From an uncultured Gammaproteobacteria bacterium (GTDB taxonomy: Bacteria > Patescibacteriota > Microgenomatia > Woykebacterales > RBG-16-39-9b), in the NCBI GenBank assembly GCA_964367355.1, contig CAYIWY010000001.1, positions 35,307-99,306 on the forward strand: a stretch of DNA of 64,000 nucleotides. Direction: 5' to 3'. The position numbers and the translations under genes were made by a program. Shown here piece by piece: positions 47,049 through 55,030 of this stretch (its first letter is position 1; each line of letters opens with the position of its first letter). Under the pieces are notes generated by a model that ran no database searches, was not told the DNA's origin, and was given only the letters and a program-made list of their open reading frames with translations.

Positions 47049-48875
47049 ATGACTGCAAAAGAACTACGAGAAAAATATTTAAGATTCTTCGAGAGCAAAG
47101 GGCATAAAGTTATCCCTTCAGCTACTCTTGTTCCGGAACATGATCCAACGGTACTTTTTACCACCGCCGGAATGCACCCGTTGATCCCATACTTAATTGG
47201 ACAAGAACATCCTCAAGGTAAACGTTTGACCAATGTTCAAAAATGCCTGCGGACTGACGATATCGATGATGTTGGCGACAACTGGCACAATACTTTTTTT
47301 GAAATGCTGGGCAACTGGTCACTTGGTGATTTAGATTCCAAAGGGAGCGCAGGCACTGTAGGTGGCTACGGAAAAAAAGAAGCAATAATCTGGTCCTACG
47401 AATTTTTAATCAACGAGCTGCAGCTAGATCCAAATAGAATTTCCGTGACTGTTTTTGGCGGTGATCCGGAAATACCTGGTATTTTGGAAGACACTGAATC
47501 AGTCGAAATTTGGAAAGAGTTAGGCATTCCTGAGGAGCGTATATTCCGCCTTGGAAAAACAGACAATTGGTGGGGGCCAGTAGGGGAAACCGGACCTTGT
47601 GGACCGGATACTGAAATGTTCTATGACACAGGCAAAGGGGATCACGGTAAAGTTTGCCGACCCGGGGAGGCTTGTGGGAAATACACGGAAATTTGGAACG
47701 ATGTTTTCATGGAATACAACCGTACCAAAGATGGAAAATATGAGACGTCAAAACAAAAAAATGTTGATACAGGGATGGGATTAGAACGAACAATTGCCCT
47801 TTTGCAAGGTCGAGAAAATATTTACGAAACAGAGCTTTTTTCACCAGTACTGCAGCTGATTAAAGATTTAGCAACTGACTACAAAGAAACATCCGCAAGA
47901 ATAGTTGCTGACCACTTGCGATCAGCCACCTTCTTATTGTCCGATAAAATTATTCCGGCAAACGTTGAACGTGGTTATGTTCTGCGCAGATTAATCCGAC
48001 GAGCTATTCGCCACGCCCGCTTGTTGGGAATTAATGGCAGTTTTGCTGCCAAAATAGCTGAAAAATTTATTGAAATTTATAAAGATGAGTATTCTGAACT
48101 TGTCGATAATGCTGAATTAATTTTCCGGGAACTAAACATTGAAGAAGAGAAATTTCAGAAAGCTTTGGCTTCAGGTCTTCGTGAATTTGAAAAATTCGGT
48201 GAGAAATTAACCGGTAAGGATGTTTTCTATCTTTATGAATCCTTTGGTTTTCCACCAGAGTTAACCTACGAACTCGCCAGTGAAAAAGGCATAAAAGTTA
48301 ACCATGATGAGTTTGAAGTAGAACTTGTTCGGCATCAAGAAACTTCCAAAGCTGGTAGTGAGAAAAAATTTGCTGGGGGACTTGCTGATCATACGGAAAT
48401 TACCGTCCGTGGCCATACTGCTACCCATCTGCTTCACCAGGCCTTGAGAGATGTTTTAGGTGGTTCGGTCCACCAAACTGGGTCTAATATTACTCCCGAG
48501 CGAATTCGCTTTGACTTTTCTTACGGTGAAAAAATGACAGAGGAACAAATAAAAAAAGTTGAAACAATCGTAAATTCAAAAATTCAAGCAGATTTGCAGG
48601 TCAAAAAAGAACTCCTGTCCCAAGACGAAGCCGATAAAAAAGGAGCTATTGGTTTATTTAAAGAAAAATACGGCGACAAGGTGTCAATTTATGAAATCGG
48701 TCCTTCGACCCATTCGACGGACTCAGGGCAAGCAAACTCAGGACGAGGTTACTCTGTTGAATATTGTGGTGGCCCGCATGTGGAACATACCTCTGAGGTT
48801 GGAAGGTTCAAGATAATAAAAGAAGAGTCAGTTTCCGCTGGTCAAAGACGAATCAAAGCAGTTTTAAATCCCTAG
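47049..48875 (+). CDS. alaS: alanine--tRNA ligase (C-terminally truncated form)
   Basis: Class II motifs, and the editing-domain HTATHLLHQAL and CGGPHV zinc motif. The C-Ala domain is absent. The start was moved to MTAKELREKY. Confidence 0.9.
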   Translation: MTAKELREKYLRFFESKGHKVIPSATLVPEHDPTVLFTTAGMHPLIPYLIGQEHPQGKRLTNVQKCLRTDDIDDVGDNWHNTFFEMLGNWSLGDLDSKGSAGTVGGYGKKEAIIWSYEFLINELQLDPNRISVTVFGGDPEIPGILEDTESVEIWKELGIPEERIFRLGKTDNWWGPVGETGPCGPDTEMFYDTGKGDHGKVCRPGEACGKYTEIWNDVFMEYNRTKDGKYETSKQKNVDTGMGLERTIALLQGRENIYETELFSPVLQLIKDLATDYKETSARIVADHLRSATFLLSDKIIPANVERGYVLRRLIRRAIRHARLLGINGSFAAKIAEKFIEIYKDEYSELVDNAELIFRELNIEEEKFQKALASGLREFEKFGEKLTGKDVFYLYESFGFPPELTYELASEKGIKVNHDEFEVELVRHQETSKAGSEKKFAGGLADHTEITVRGHTATHLLHQALRDVLGGSVHQTGSNITPERIRFDFSYGEKMTEEQIKKVETIVNSKIQADLQVKKELLSQDEADKKGAIGLFKEKYGDKVSIYEIGPSTHSTDSGQANSGRGYSVEYCGGPHVEHTSEVGRFKIIKEESVSAGQRRIKAVLNP

Positions 48876-48928
48876 AGGACTTAGGTAAAAACAATTTAAA
48901 TCCAAATTCTTTCCCAATAGACACACAC

Positions 48929-48958
48929 TTGACAGAAACTATAGGACTGTAGTATATT
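48929..48958 (+). promoter_or_regulatory. AT-rich sigma70-like promoter TTGACA, 18 bp, TATATT, facing GC-rich island D
   Basis: Seen directly. The GC jump begins at about 48966. Confidence 0.5.
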
Positions 48959-49005
48959 GTTGCGCGCCAGCCTATAATCCATTTCGATAAAGAAAGGAAC
49001 TGCCC

Positions 49006-49788
49006 ATGGTTACTGCCACAGCCGCAAAGAACGGCGCATCTGCCGAACCTGTGACATCGCGCCGCGACACTCGCGCCAGCAAGGTTTCGGCGGTCAAGAC
49101 AGAGCAATCGTCCAAGTCCAACACGGGTTGGATGCACGTCAGGATTCACTGTGTCGGGCGCACCCCCCTGCTGATGGATCCCATGACTGATGGGACCATC
49201 GAGGAGCTGGAAACTGGGGTTCGCAAGCCGATCAACAAGCAACTGACGCGTTACCAGGTCTGCGAACCCAAAGTCATGCACAATGCTGCTGGCTTGATCG
49301 CGGTCCCCATCGACAACTTCTTCGCCTGCACTGTCGAGGCCGGCCGGAGAATCCCGTTTCAGAAGATGAGCAAGATGAGTACGGCTACCAGCACGACTTT
49401 GCCGGAGTACTTCCGCTTCATCTCGGAGGATCTGGTACTACTCGACAATAAGGGTAAGCCACTGCCGGACTGGGACGGGAAGTCGAAGAACGGCAGCTGG
49501 AGCGTCGATGTGCGCCGTGGTTGTCTCAAGGATGGCACGGCTGTGCCGATCCGGCGGCCGAAGTTCGACCACTGGGAATTCGATGTCGAGTTCGAGTATG
49601 ACATGGGAGTCATCTCGGACCAGAAGCTTCTCGATCTGATCAAGATCGCCGGCACGACCATGGGGCTGTGCAGCTTCCGGCCGAACAAGAAGGGTCGCTT
49701 TGGCACCTTTGCGATGACGCGCTGGGAAGAGATCGCTCGCCGTGAACAGGATACCGAGGTTGAGATAGTCAGGTTGAAGGCCGCGTAA
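49006..49788 (+). CDS. hypothetical protein (island D gene 1), GC-rich; possible glycine-rich loop near the C-terminus
   Basis: SD AAAGGAA. 260 aa. Low-complexity N-terminus. C-terminal GTTMGLCSFRPNKKGRFGTF is loosely reminiscent of a RAMP/Cas6 G-rich loop; this is speculative. Confidence 0.55.
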   Translation: MVTATAAKNGASAEPVTSRRDTRASKVSAVKTEQSSKSNTGWMHVRIHCVGRTPLLMDPMTDGTIEELETGVRKPINKQLTRYQVCEPKVMHNAAGLIAVPIDNFFACTVEAGRRIPFQKMSKMSTATSTTLPEYFRFISEDLVLLDNKGKPLPDWDGKSKNGSWSVDVRRGCLKDGTAVPIRRPKFDHWEFDVEFEYDMGVISDQKLLDLIKIAGTTMGLCSFRPNKKGRFGTFAMTRWEEIARREQDTEVEIVRLKAA

Positions 49789-49847
49789 CAACAAAGGGTG
49801 ACGTACAGTACGTTTCGTTAGGTTGGCACAACTGCACTGTCGTCATT

Positions 49848-49899
49848 TGCACTACAGGGTGGGGAACTAGGAGTCAACTTCTTTTTCCCCACCAAAACT
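49848..49899 (+). terminator. hairpin GGGTGGGGAA..TTCCCCACC plus T-run after gene 1; its 5' arm resembles the array-unit head
   Basis: CAGGGTGGGG is shared with unit R10. Followed by AAAACTCTTTTTTGG. Confidence 0.5.
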
Positions 49900-50042
49900 C
49901 TTTTTTGGTGGTTTGGTATCGGAATAAATTTCGTTACTAGAGCATCAAAACAAATACTTGGAGAAGATCAATCCAGAGTTGGGCCAAGCATTGTGGACAT
50001 ACCTGCCCTTTCGTCTACTGCTGCCCACTCCGCTGCGTCATG

Positions 50043-51304
50043 GGGCTGGATCCGATTATCGCAAGACGATCGGATCTGCCGACACTAACTACCTCGGCGT
50101 TGATGAGTGCGTTTCACTGACGTGAACTGCTTTGCACTTTAATGCGCTCGAGTTAAGTAGAGGGCTGGGGATCCGGAGAGAAATCAAAGGATCTCTGCCA
50201 ACCTTTTGTTTTCAAGTAGCCTGGGGCGGACTTCATAACAGTGGAGTTTCCTGGGGTCACCTGCAGGGCTGGGTTCCGAGAGGAAACAATCGGAACCTGC
50301 CACCTTGTTGACGGACTAAGCTGACGTTCAGTGTCGAACCGTTCGGTTCAGCACGCTCACGTGCGTCAGGTTTTAGTGGGGTGCAGGGCTGGGGGTTTCC
50401 TTGGGAAACTAGGGAAACCTCTGCCAACCAATGTTCGGTGCGCAGTTACCTCTCGTATTGATCGCCTTCCTGCTGTTGGCTACTCTGTCGTTTGGTGACC
50501 TGCTGTAATCTGAAGGGCTGGGTCCGTTTACAGAAATGTATCGGACTTGCCAAATTTGTGGTCTAGGGTGCGGTTTGGTTAACTCCACTAGCGTGCGGAA
50601 AACTGGCCTACACCTAACTGACGTCAGGGGCTGAGGACCCGGAGAGAAATCAAAGGGTCTTTGCCAACAAACTCAATTCGTTCCCCTGCTGTGAAGATGG
50701 CTTAACTTCAGTTAAGTTCTCCTTACTTACGTGGGGTATCGTGGAGTATGGGGCTGGGGATTTGCTCTGGAGAAATCTATTCAAGTCCCTGCCAACAACT
50801 TAAGTTGAACTTAGCTGCAGCTGACTTCTGTTCGCTGGGCTATTGTTACGTGCAGGGCTGGGTCCGTTTACAGAAATGTATCGGACCTGCCAAACCAATT
50901 TTGATGAATTGATTCTGAAAACATAAATTTCAAAACCAGCTCATCAGGGTTTTGAGAGAGTTATCAAGTGCGCTAGACCACTGTTCCCTAAAGCACCCAA
51001 GGGTTCAGCCCACTTTCGTGGTCTTCGCAATGGTACTGGGCTGGGGACCCGGAGAGAAATCAAAGGGTCTCTGCCAAAACGCTTTCAACTTAGGTACTGT
51101 ACCCCGTTCTTCGGTAAACAGTCCTGTCGCATTGTTTAGGGCTGGGGAGTTGGTTAACTTTGGTTTTCTAACTCCCTGCCAACCGAATTAGATTTTCGAG
51201 GGGTAGTGTTGTGTATGGCAGCGTCATGCTCCGTCTGCTTCAGTACACCAGGTTGCCCCATAGTTCAGGACTGCCCCCGATGTTTCGAAAGAATTATCGG
51301 GGGT
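50043..51304 (+). repeat. array I of structured repeat units with the pattern CAGGGCTGGG, variable hairpin, CTGCCAAC (11 units)
   Basis: Units: 50043-50083, 50162-50202, 50266-50304, 50386-50428, 50515-50554, 50628-50668, 50751-50796, 50855-50894, 51038-51080, 51138-51182, plus a degenerate unit at 51261-51304. Stems of 5-7 bp covary (GATCC/GGATC against GACCC/GGGTC; GTCCG/CGGAC; GGATCTG/CAGATCC; GGTTTCC/GGAAACC). Loops usually contain AGAAAT. Inter-unit segments are unique and 60-184 bp long. There is no ORF. Confidence 0.85.
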
Positions 51305-51365
51305 GTCATTTTTCAATATTTACCTAAAAAATTCTGTCCCATTTTGTAACAAGGCACTTTAACAA

Positions 51366-53213
51366 GTGACAAATAGTAAAGGAGAGGGGACAACAGTGCC
51401 TTCATCGCAACATCGTGGTAGGCCTTCTTTCGAGGAGCTTACCTCCGCCTGGCCAAGGCGGCGACTTGGACCCATGTGGTCCGAACAAGAAGAAGCCTTT
51501 GAGGTCATTGCCAAACATGGCAGTTGTACCTTGGAGGTACCGACTGGTATGGGCAAAACCGCTATCGGTTACACGACGCTCAAGGCGTTGGGCAACCGTG
51601 GTGAAGGCCCACTTTTCTACATCGTGCCGACCAAAACTTTGGTTGGACAGGTAGCTGAGATGTTTCCAGACGTCACTCCGGCCTATGGTCGGAATGAGTT
51701 TGATTGTCTCTACTACGACGAGCCGTACAAAGCGGACGAAGTCCCTTGCCTGCTATTGCAGGACTGTGTCCATCGGGTCGATCAAGAGACTGGCCGGACT
51801 GCTGGTCGAGGAGCAGAACGTTGCCCCTACTACCACGCCAAGTACCAAGCCAAACGCGATCCGAGTCGGATCGTAGTCTGCTCGATGTCGTTTTACCTTT
51901 TCACCCAGCTTTTCTCCAAGGAGTTTGAGAATCCAGCTGGTTTGGTGATCGACGAAGTTCAGCAGATGCCAGATGTGGTCCGTAATGCTCTGTCTTTTGA
52001 CATCACGGACTATCAGTTGCAACGGGCGATCAACCTACTGTCAACCACAGCTGCGGATGAAGCTGCTGGTCTCGAGATCTTTCTCGATACTATGTTGCGG
52101 ATCATTCGACTCAAGCCTTCGAAGGTGCCGGTAATGCTCGAAGATGTCGAGTTGCAGGAACTGCTGTTGGTCTTGCGAGATATTGACCGCGATGGTCTGC
52201 GTCGCAAGATCGCCGAGGGTATCCGCTCGGGCGACATTGATGTCGTCAAAGAGCGAGAAGTCCTGACCAAAGTTGAGCGACTGGTCTATGACCTGTACCG
52301 TTACGTGCGAGCGTTTGAATTTTCGCTCAGCAACGAAACACAACGGCCACTCAACTACACCTACGCAGTTTGGGACAAAGAACCAGCTGAGGGCAAAAAG
52401 GTCCACAACAAGCTGACCGTCAAGTCCTACTACGTCGCGCCGGTGATCAAGAAACTGCTGTCAGCCAATCTGACAGTGAGTTTGGGAGCGACTATCGGCG
52501 ACCCGAACGTGTTTGGTTACGAGTCAGGGATCGATCCGAGGCGAACGCCGATGTTCACTTTTGACTCGAGTTTTCCGGTCGGCAACACCCGGATCTACGT
52601 TCCGTCGGACTCCTTTAGCTTGGCGGAAAAAGAGGTCAAAAATCGTGGTAAAGCCACAATGGTCCGTCGGATGGTTCGCTCGGCCAAAACCTTCAACCAA
52701 AAAGGTGAGCGCGTGTTGTGCTTGGTCGTCTCTGACACCGAGCGGCAGCGCTTTATTCGGATGGCCACTGAAGACGATGTCAACTTCATCACTTACGGTG
52801 ATGGCGTGACCGCGCGCGAAGCTGCGGACCGCTTCCGTGCCGGAGAGGGTAAAGTCCTGCTTGGGACAGACGCCCAGTACGGCCAGGGTGTTGACCTGCC
52901 AGACGGTATCTGTCGGGTGATCTTCTACCTGCGACCCGGTTATCCGCGACCAGATGATCCTCAGACCCAGTTTGAGGAAAAGCGTTTTCGCTCACAGAAG
53001 TGGGCAATCTGGCAGTGGCGACTGATCATGAAGGCGATGCAGGTGCGCGGTCGTAACATCCGTGGTCCGGAAGACAGGGGAGTGACGATTTTCTTCGACA
53101 GCCGTTTCCGGCGTTTCCTTTTCGGAGGGATGCCCAAGTGGCTCCAGCCGTCATATCGTGGAGATCTGACACTGCAAGAGTGCATTGAGGACGCGCTCAA
53201 GGTGTTGAAGTAG
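51366..53213 (+). CDS. Rad3/XPD/DinG-family SF2 helicase with an Fe-S domain (island D gene 2)
   Basis: Walker A TGMGKT. Four Cys lie between motifs I and II (CLYY, PCLLL, DCVHR, ERCPYY). Motif II is VIDEVQQM (a DEAH-like DEVQ). The C-terminal LLGTDAQYGQGVDLPDG and QVRGRNIRGPEDRGVTIFFDSR match DinG motifs V/VI. An alternative start GTG 51396 has SD AAGGAGAGGGG. Confidence 0.8.
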   Translation: MTNSKGEGTTVPSSQHRGRPSFEELTSAWPRRRLGPMWSEQEEAFEVIAKHGSCTLEVPTGMGKTAIGYTTLKALGNRGEGPLFYIVPTKTLVGQVAEMFPDVTPAYGRNEFDCLYYDEPYKADEVPCLLLQDCVHRVDQETGRTAGRGAERCPYYHAKYQAKRDPSRIVVCSMSFYLFTQLFSKEFENPAGLVIDEVQQMPDVVRNALSFDITDYQLQRAINLLSTTAADEAAGLEIFLDTMLRIIRLKPSKVPVMLEDVELQELLLVLRDIDRDGLRRKIAEGIRSGDIDVVKEREVLTKVERLVYDLYRYVRAFEFSLSNETQRPLNYTYAVWDKEPAEGKKVHNKLTVKSYYVAPVIKKLLSANLTVSLGATIGDPNVFGYESGIDPRRTPMFTFDSSFPVGNTRIYVPSDSFSLAEKEVKNRGKATMVRRMVRSAKTFNQKGERVLCLVVSDTERQRFIRMATEDDVNFITYGDGVTAREAADRFRAGEGKVLLGTDAQYGQGVDLPDGICRVIFYLRPGYPRPDDPQTQFEEKRFRSQKWAIWQWRLIMKAMQVRGRNIRGPEDRGVTIFFDSRFRRFLFGGMPKWLQPSYRGDLTLQECIEDALKVLK

Positions 53214-53287
53214 AGAGTCAACCTGTGGCCTAGTCAAGTTAACCGAGCTGTTCTGTGGTGACTTGATGTCGGCTATTCAATTGCACA

Positions 53288-53882
53288 GGGTGGGGATCTG
53301 CTCTGGAGAAATCTATCCAGATCCCTGCCATTTTCTTTTTTCAACGAGTGCAGTTAGGCAGACAATGTCATTGTCCTGTTTACCTAACTGGTGTTCGCTG
53401 CAGGGCTGCCTCGATAAAACCGAAAGGATTTATCGGGGCGCCATTCTTTTGATAGTTTAATTTTGGAAATATTTTCAAAACTAGCCTATCAAAGAAAAAC
53501 GATATGGTATTCTTTTGTCGACGCGGCGGTCTTCAGTTCGCTAGCCCATGCTGCCGTTCGGTAGAGTCGGGAACGCTAGAGAGTACTGAACCGCAGTATG
53601 GGGCTGGGAACCTGCTCTGAGTAATCATCAGGTTCCTGCCAACGTTCACTTTCGTGCGGTTCAACAGCGTAGGGACTCGCCAACTGTGGTAAAGTTCTCT
53701 ATTGTAGTGTTAACCGCGCTGGTCTAAAGGGCTGGGGATCTGCTCTGGAGAAATCTATCCAGATCCCTGCCAATTTCACAAACTGACTCAAGCAGGGCCA
53801 TGTCCACAGGAGTTAGGTGGCCTGCGCTTTTGTCTAGTTTAGGGCTGGGTCCGATTTCAGAAATGTTTTCGGACCTGCCAAC
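53288..53882 (+). repeat. array II of the same structured repeat units downstream of the helicase (5 units)
   Basis: Units: 53288-53331 (ends CTGCCAT), a degenerate unit at 53403-53444 (similar to 51261-51304), 53601-53643, 53729-53774, 53842-53882. Units 50751-50796, 53288-53331 and 53729-53774 form one family. Units 50515-50554, 50855-50894 and 53842-53882 form another. Confidence 0.85.
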
Positions 53883-54067
53883 TCAATTTCGGCGGGATTC
53901 AAGTTTTTATTAACTTGGTCCCGCTTTTTCTTTTACCAAATTTTGTTTCGAGATTGAAAATGGTATTATAATAAGAGACGATCTGCCAAGATACCGCGTT
54001 AAATGTAATTTAGATAAATTAAGAACTATTTTATGCGCGCGATATTTCGTCATCTAAAACTGCCAAA

Positions 54068-55030
54068 ATGAAATTTATTCCAAATATTATTCCCAAAAGA
54101 GATAAAAAACATTCCCGCTTTGTCGTTTTGGATATTGGTTTGGGAAGAGTCAATATTGCCATTTTTGATACCACGCCCGAAGGTCCGAAGTTTGTTGGAG
54201 TTGGTAGACGCAGCTTTGGAGCAGCCGATACGATTTTAGACGCTACCTTGGAAGCCACTGACGCTCTGGGAGCAATCGTTGACGAGCTGCCTTCAGCTGC
54301 AATCGTTGGGGTAAGTGGCGGAAAACTCGATACAATTTCCACAATCGCAAAATACACCCGCGAAAAACCAAAACAAGCAATCGATAAAAATGAAGCCTCG
54401 TCAGTCCTAGAAAAAGTTTCTGCAGAAGAAAAAGAAAATCTCAAAATATTTTTTTCAACAATAACTAGTGCAAACATCGACGGAGCAAAACTTACAAACC
54501 CAATCGGGGTTAAGGGGGAAAAAGCAGAGGTAAATTGTTTTATTGCCTTTAAACCAGAAGAAGAGCTGAAGATTTATGACCAAATTATCGATGAGCTAGA
54601 ACTGAAACCAGAAAAAATTATCCCAACTTCATTTGCTGTAACCCAAATGGTAAGTAAAGATTTGACCGGAAATACTCTGCTACTTAGAATTGGCCAAACA
54701 AAAACAGAAGCAGCTCAAGTACACAGAGGAAATTTAATTAAAGTAACAAACATTGACCTTGGGGCGGAACAGCTTGATTATTACCCATTTGCTTTGGAAG
54801 CATTGTTGGAAAAACAAAACCCCGAGGAAAGAACTAGCCTTATTTGGCTTTATGCTGACAGCGACGAGGTTAATTTAGTTGATATTGAAGAAAAACTAGC
54901 AAGTGTGGATTGGAAAAAGAAATTTGATTTTAAAGAAGAAATTAAGATAGAAAGAGCTTCAGGAGAAAATAATTTTGGTCAATCGGATATGGGTTTACTT
55001 GCCCTTTCTTTACAGGAGATTTTTAACTGA
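54068..55030 (+). CDS. actin-like ATPase, FtsA/PilM family
   Basis: The N-terminal phosphate-1-like motif VVLDIGLGRVNIAIFD fits the ASKHA fold. Confidence 0.4.
   Translation: MKFIPNIIPKRDKKHSRFVVLDIGLGRVNIAIFDTTPEGPKFVGVGRRSFGAADTILDATLEATDALGAIVDELPSAAIVGVSGGKLDTISTIAKYTREKPKQAIDKNEASSVLEKVSAEEKENLKIFFSTITSANIDGAKLTNPIGVKGEKAEVNCFIAFKPEEELKIYDQIIDELELKPEKIIPTSFAVTQMVSKDLTGNTLLLRIGQTKTEAAQVHRGNLIKVTNIDLGAEQLDYYPFALEALLEKQNPEERTSLIWLYADSDEVNLVDIEEKLASVDWKKKFDFKEEIKIERASGENNFGQSDMGLLALSLQEIFN

Noticed and set aside
49359-49794. Minus-strand ORFs inside island D gene 1
   Set aside because: These are antisense to a gene that has a promoter, an SD and a terminator, so they are GC-driven open frames.
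50043-53882. Canonical CRISPR array
   Set aside because: The repeats are not identical within the array; they are paralogous families with different hairpin sequences. Repeat length (40-46 bp) and spacer length (60-184 bp) are atypical. No cas1/cas2 is present. It is kept as CRISPR-like only in periodicity.
50043-53882. Integron attC cassette array
   Set aside because: The conserved ends (GGGCTGGG and CTGCCAAC) are not inverted repeats of each other, unlike R''/R' (RYYYAAC/GTTRRRY). The segments between units are far too short for gene cassettes. No intI is present.
50043-53882. REP/BIME or MITE elements
   Set aside because: REPs are dispersed genome-wide with a GTAG head and associate with a RAYT transposase. 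Here the units are confined to one tandem locus, with no RAYT and no terminal inverted repeats or target-site duplications.
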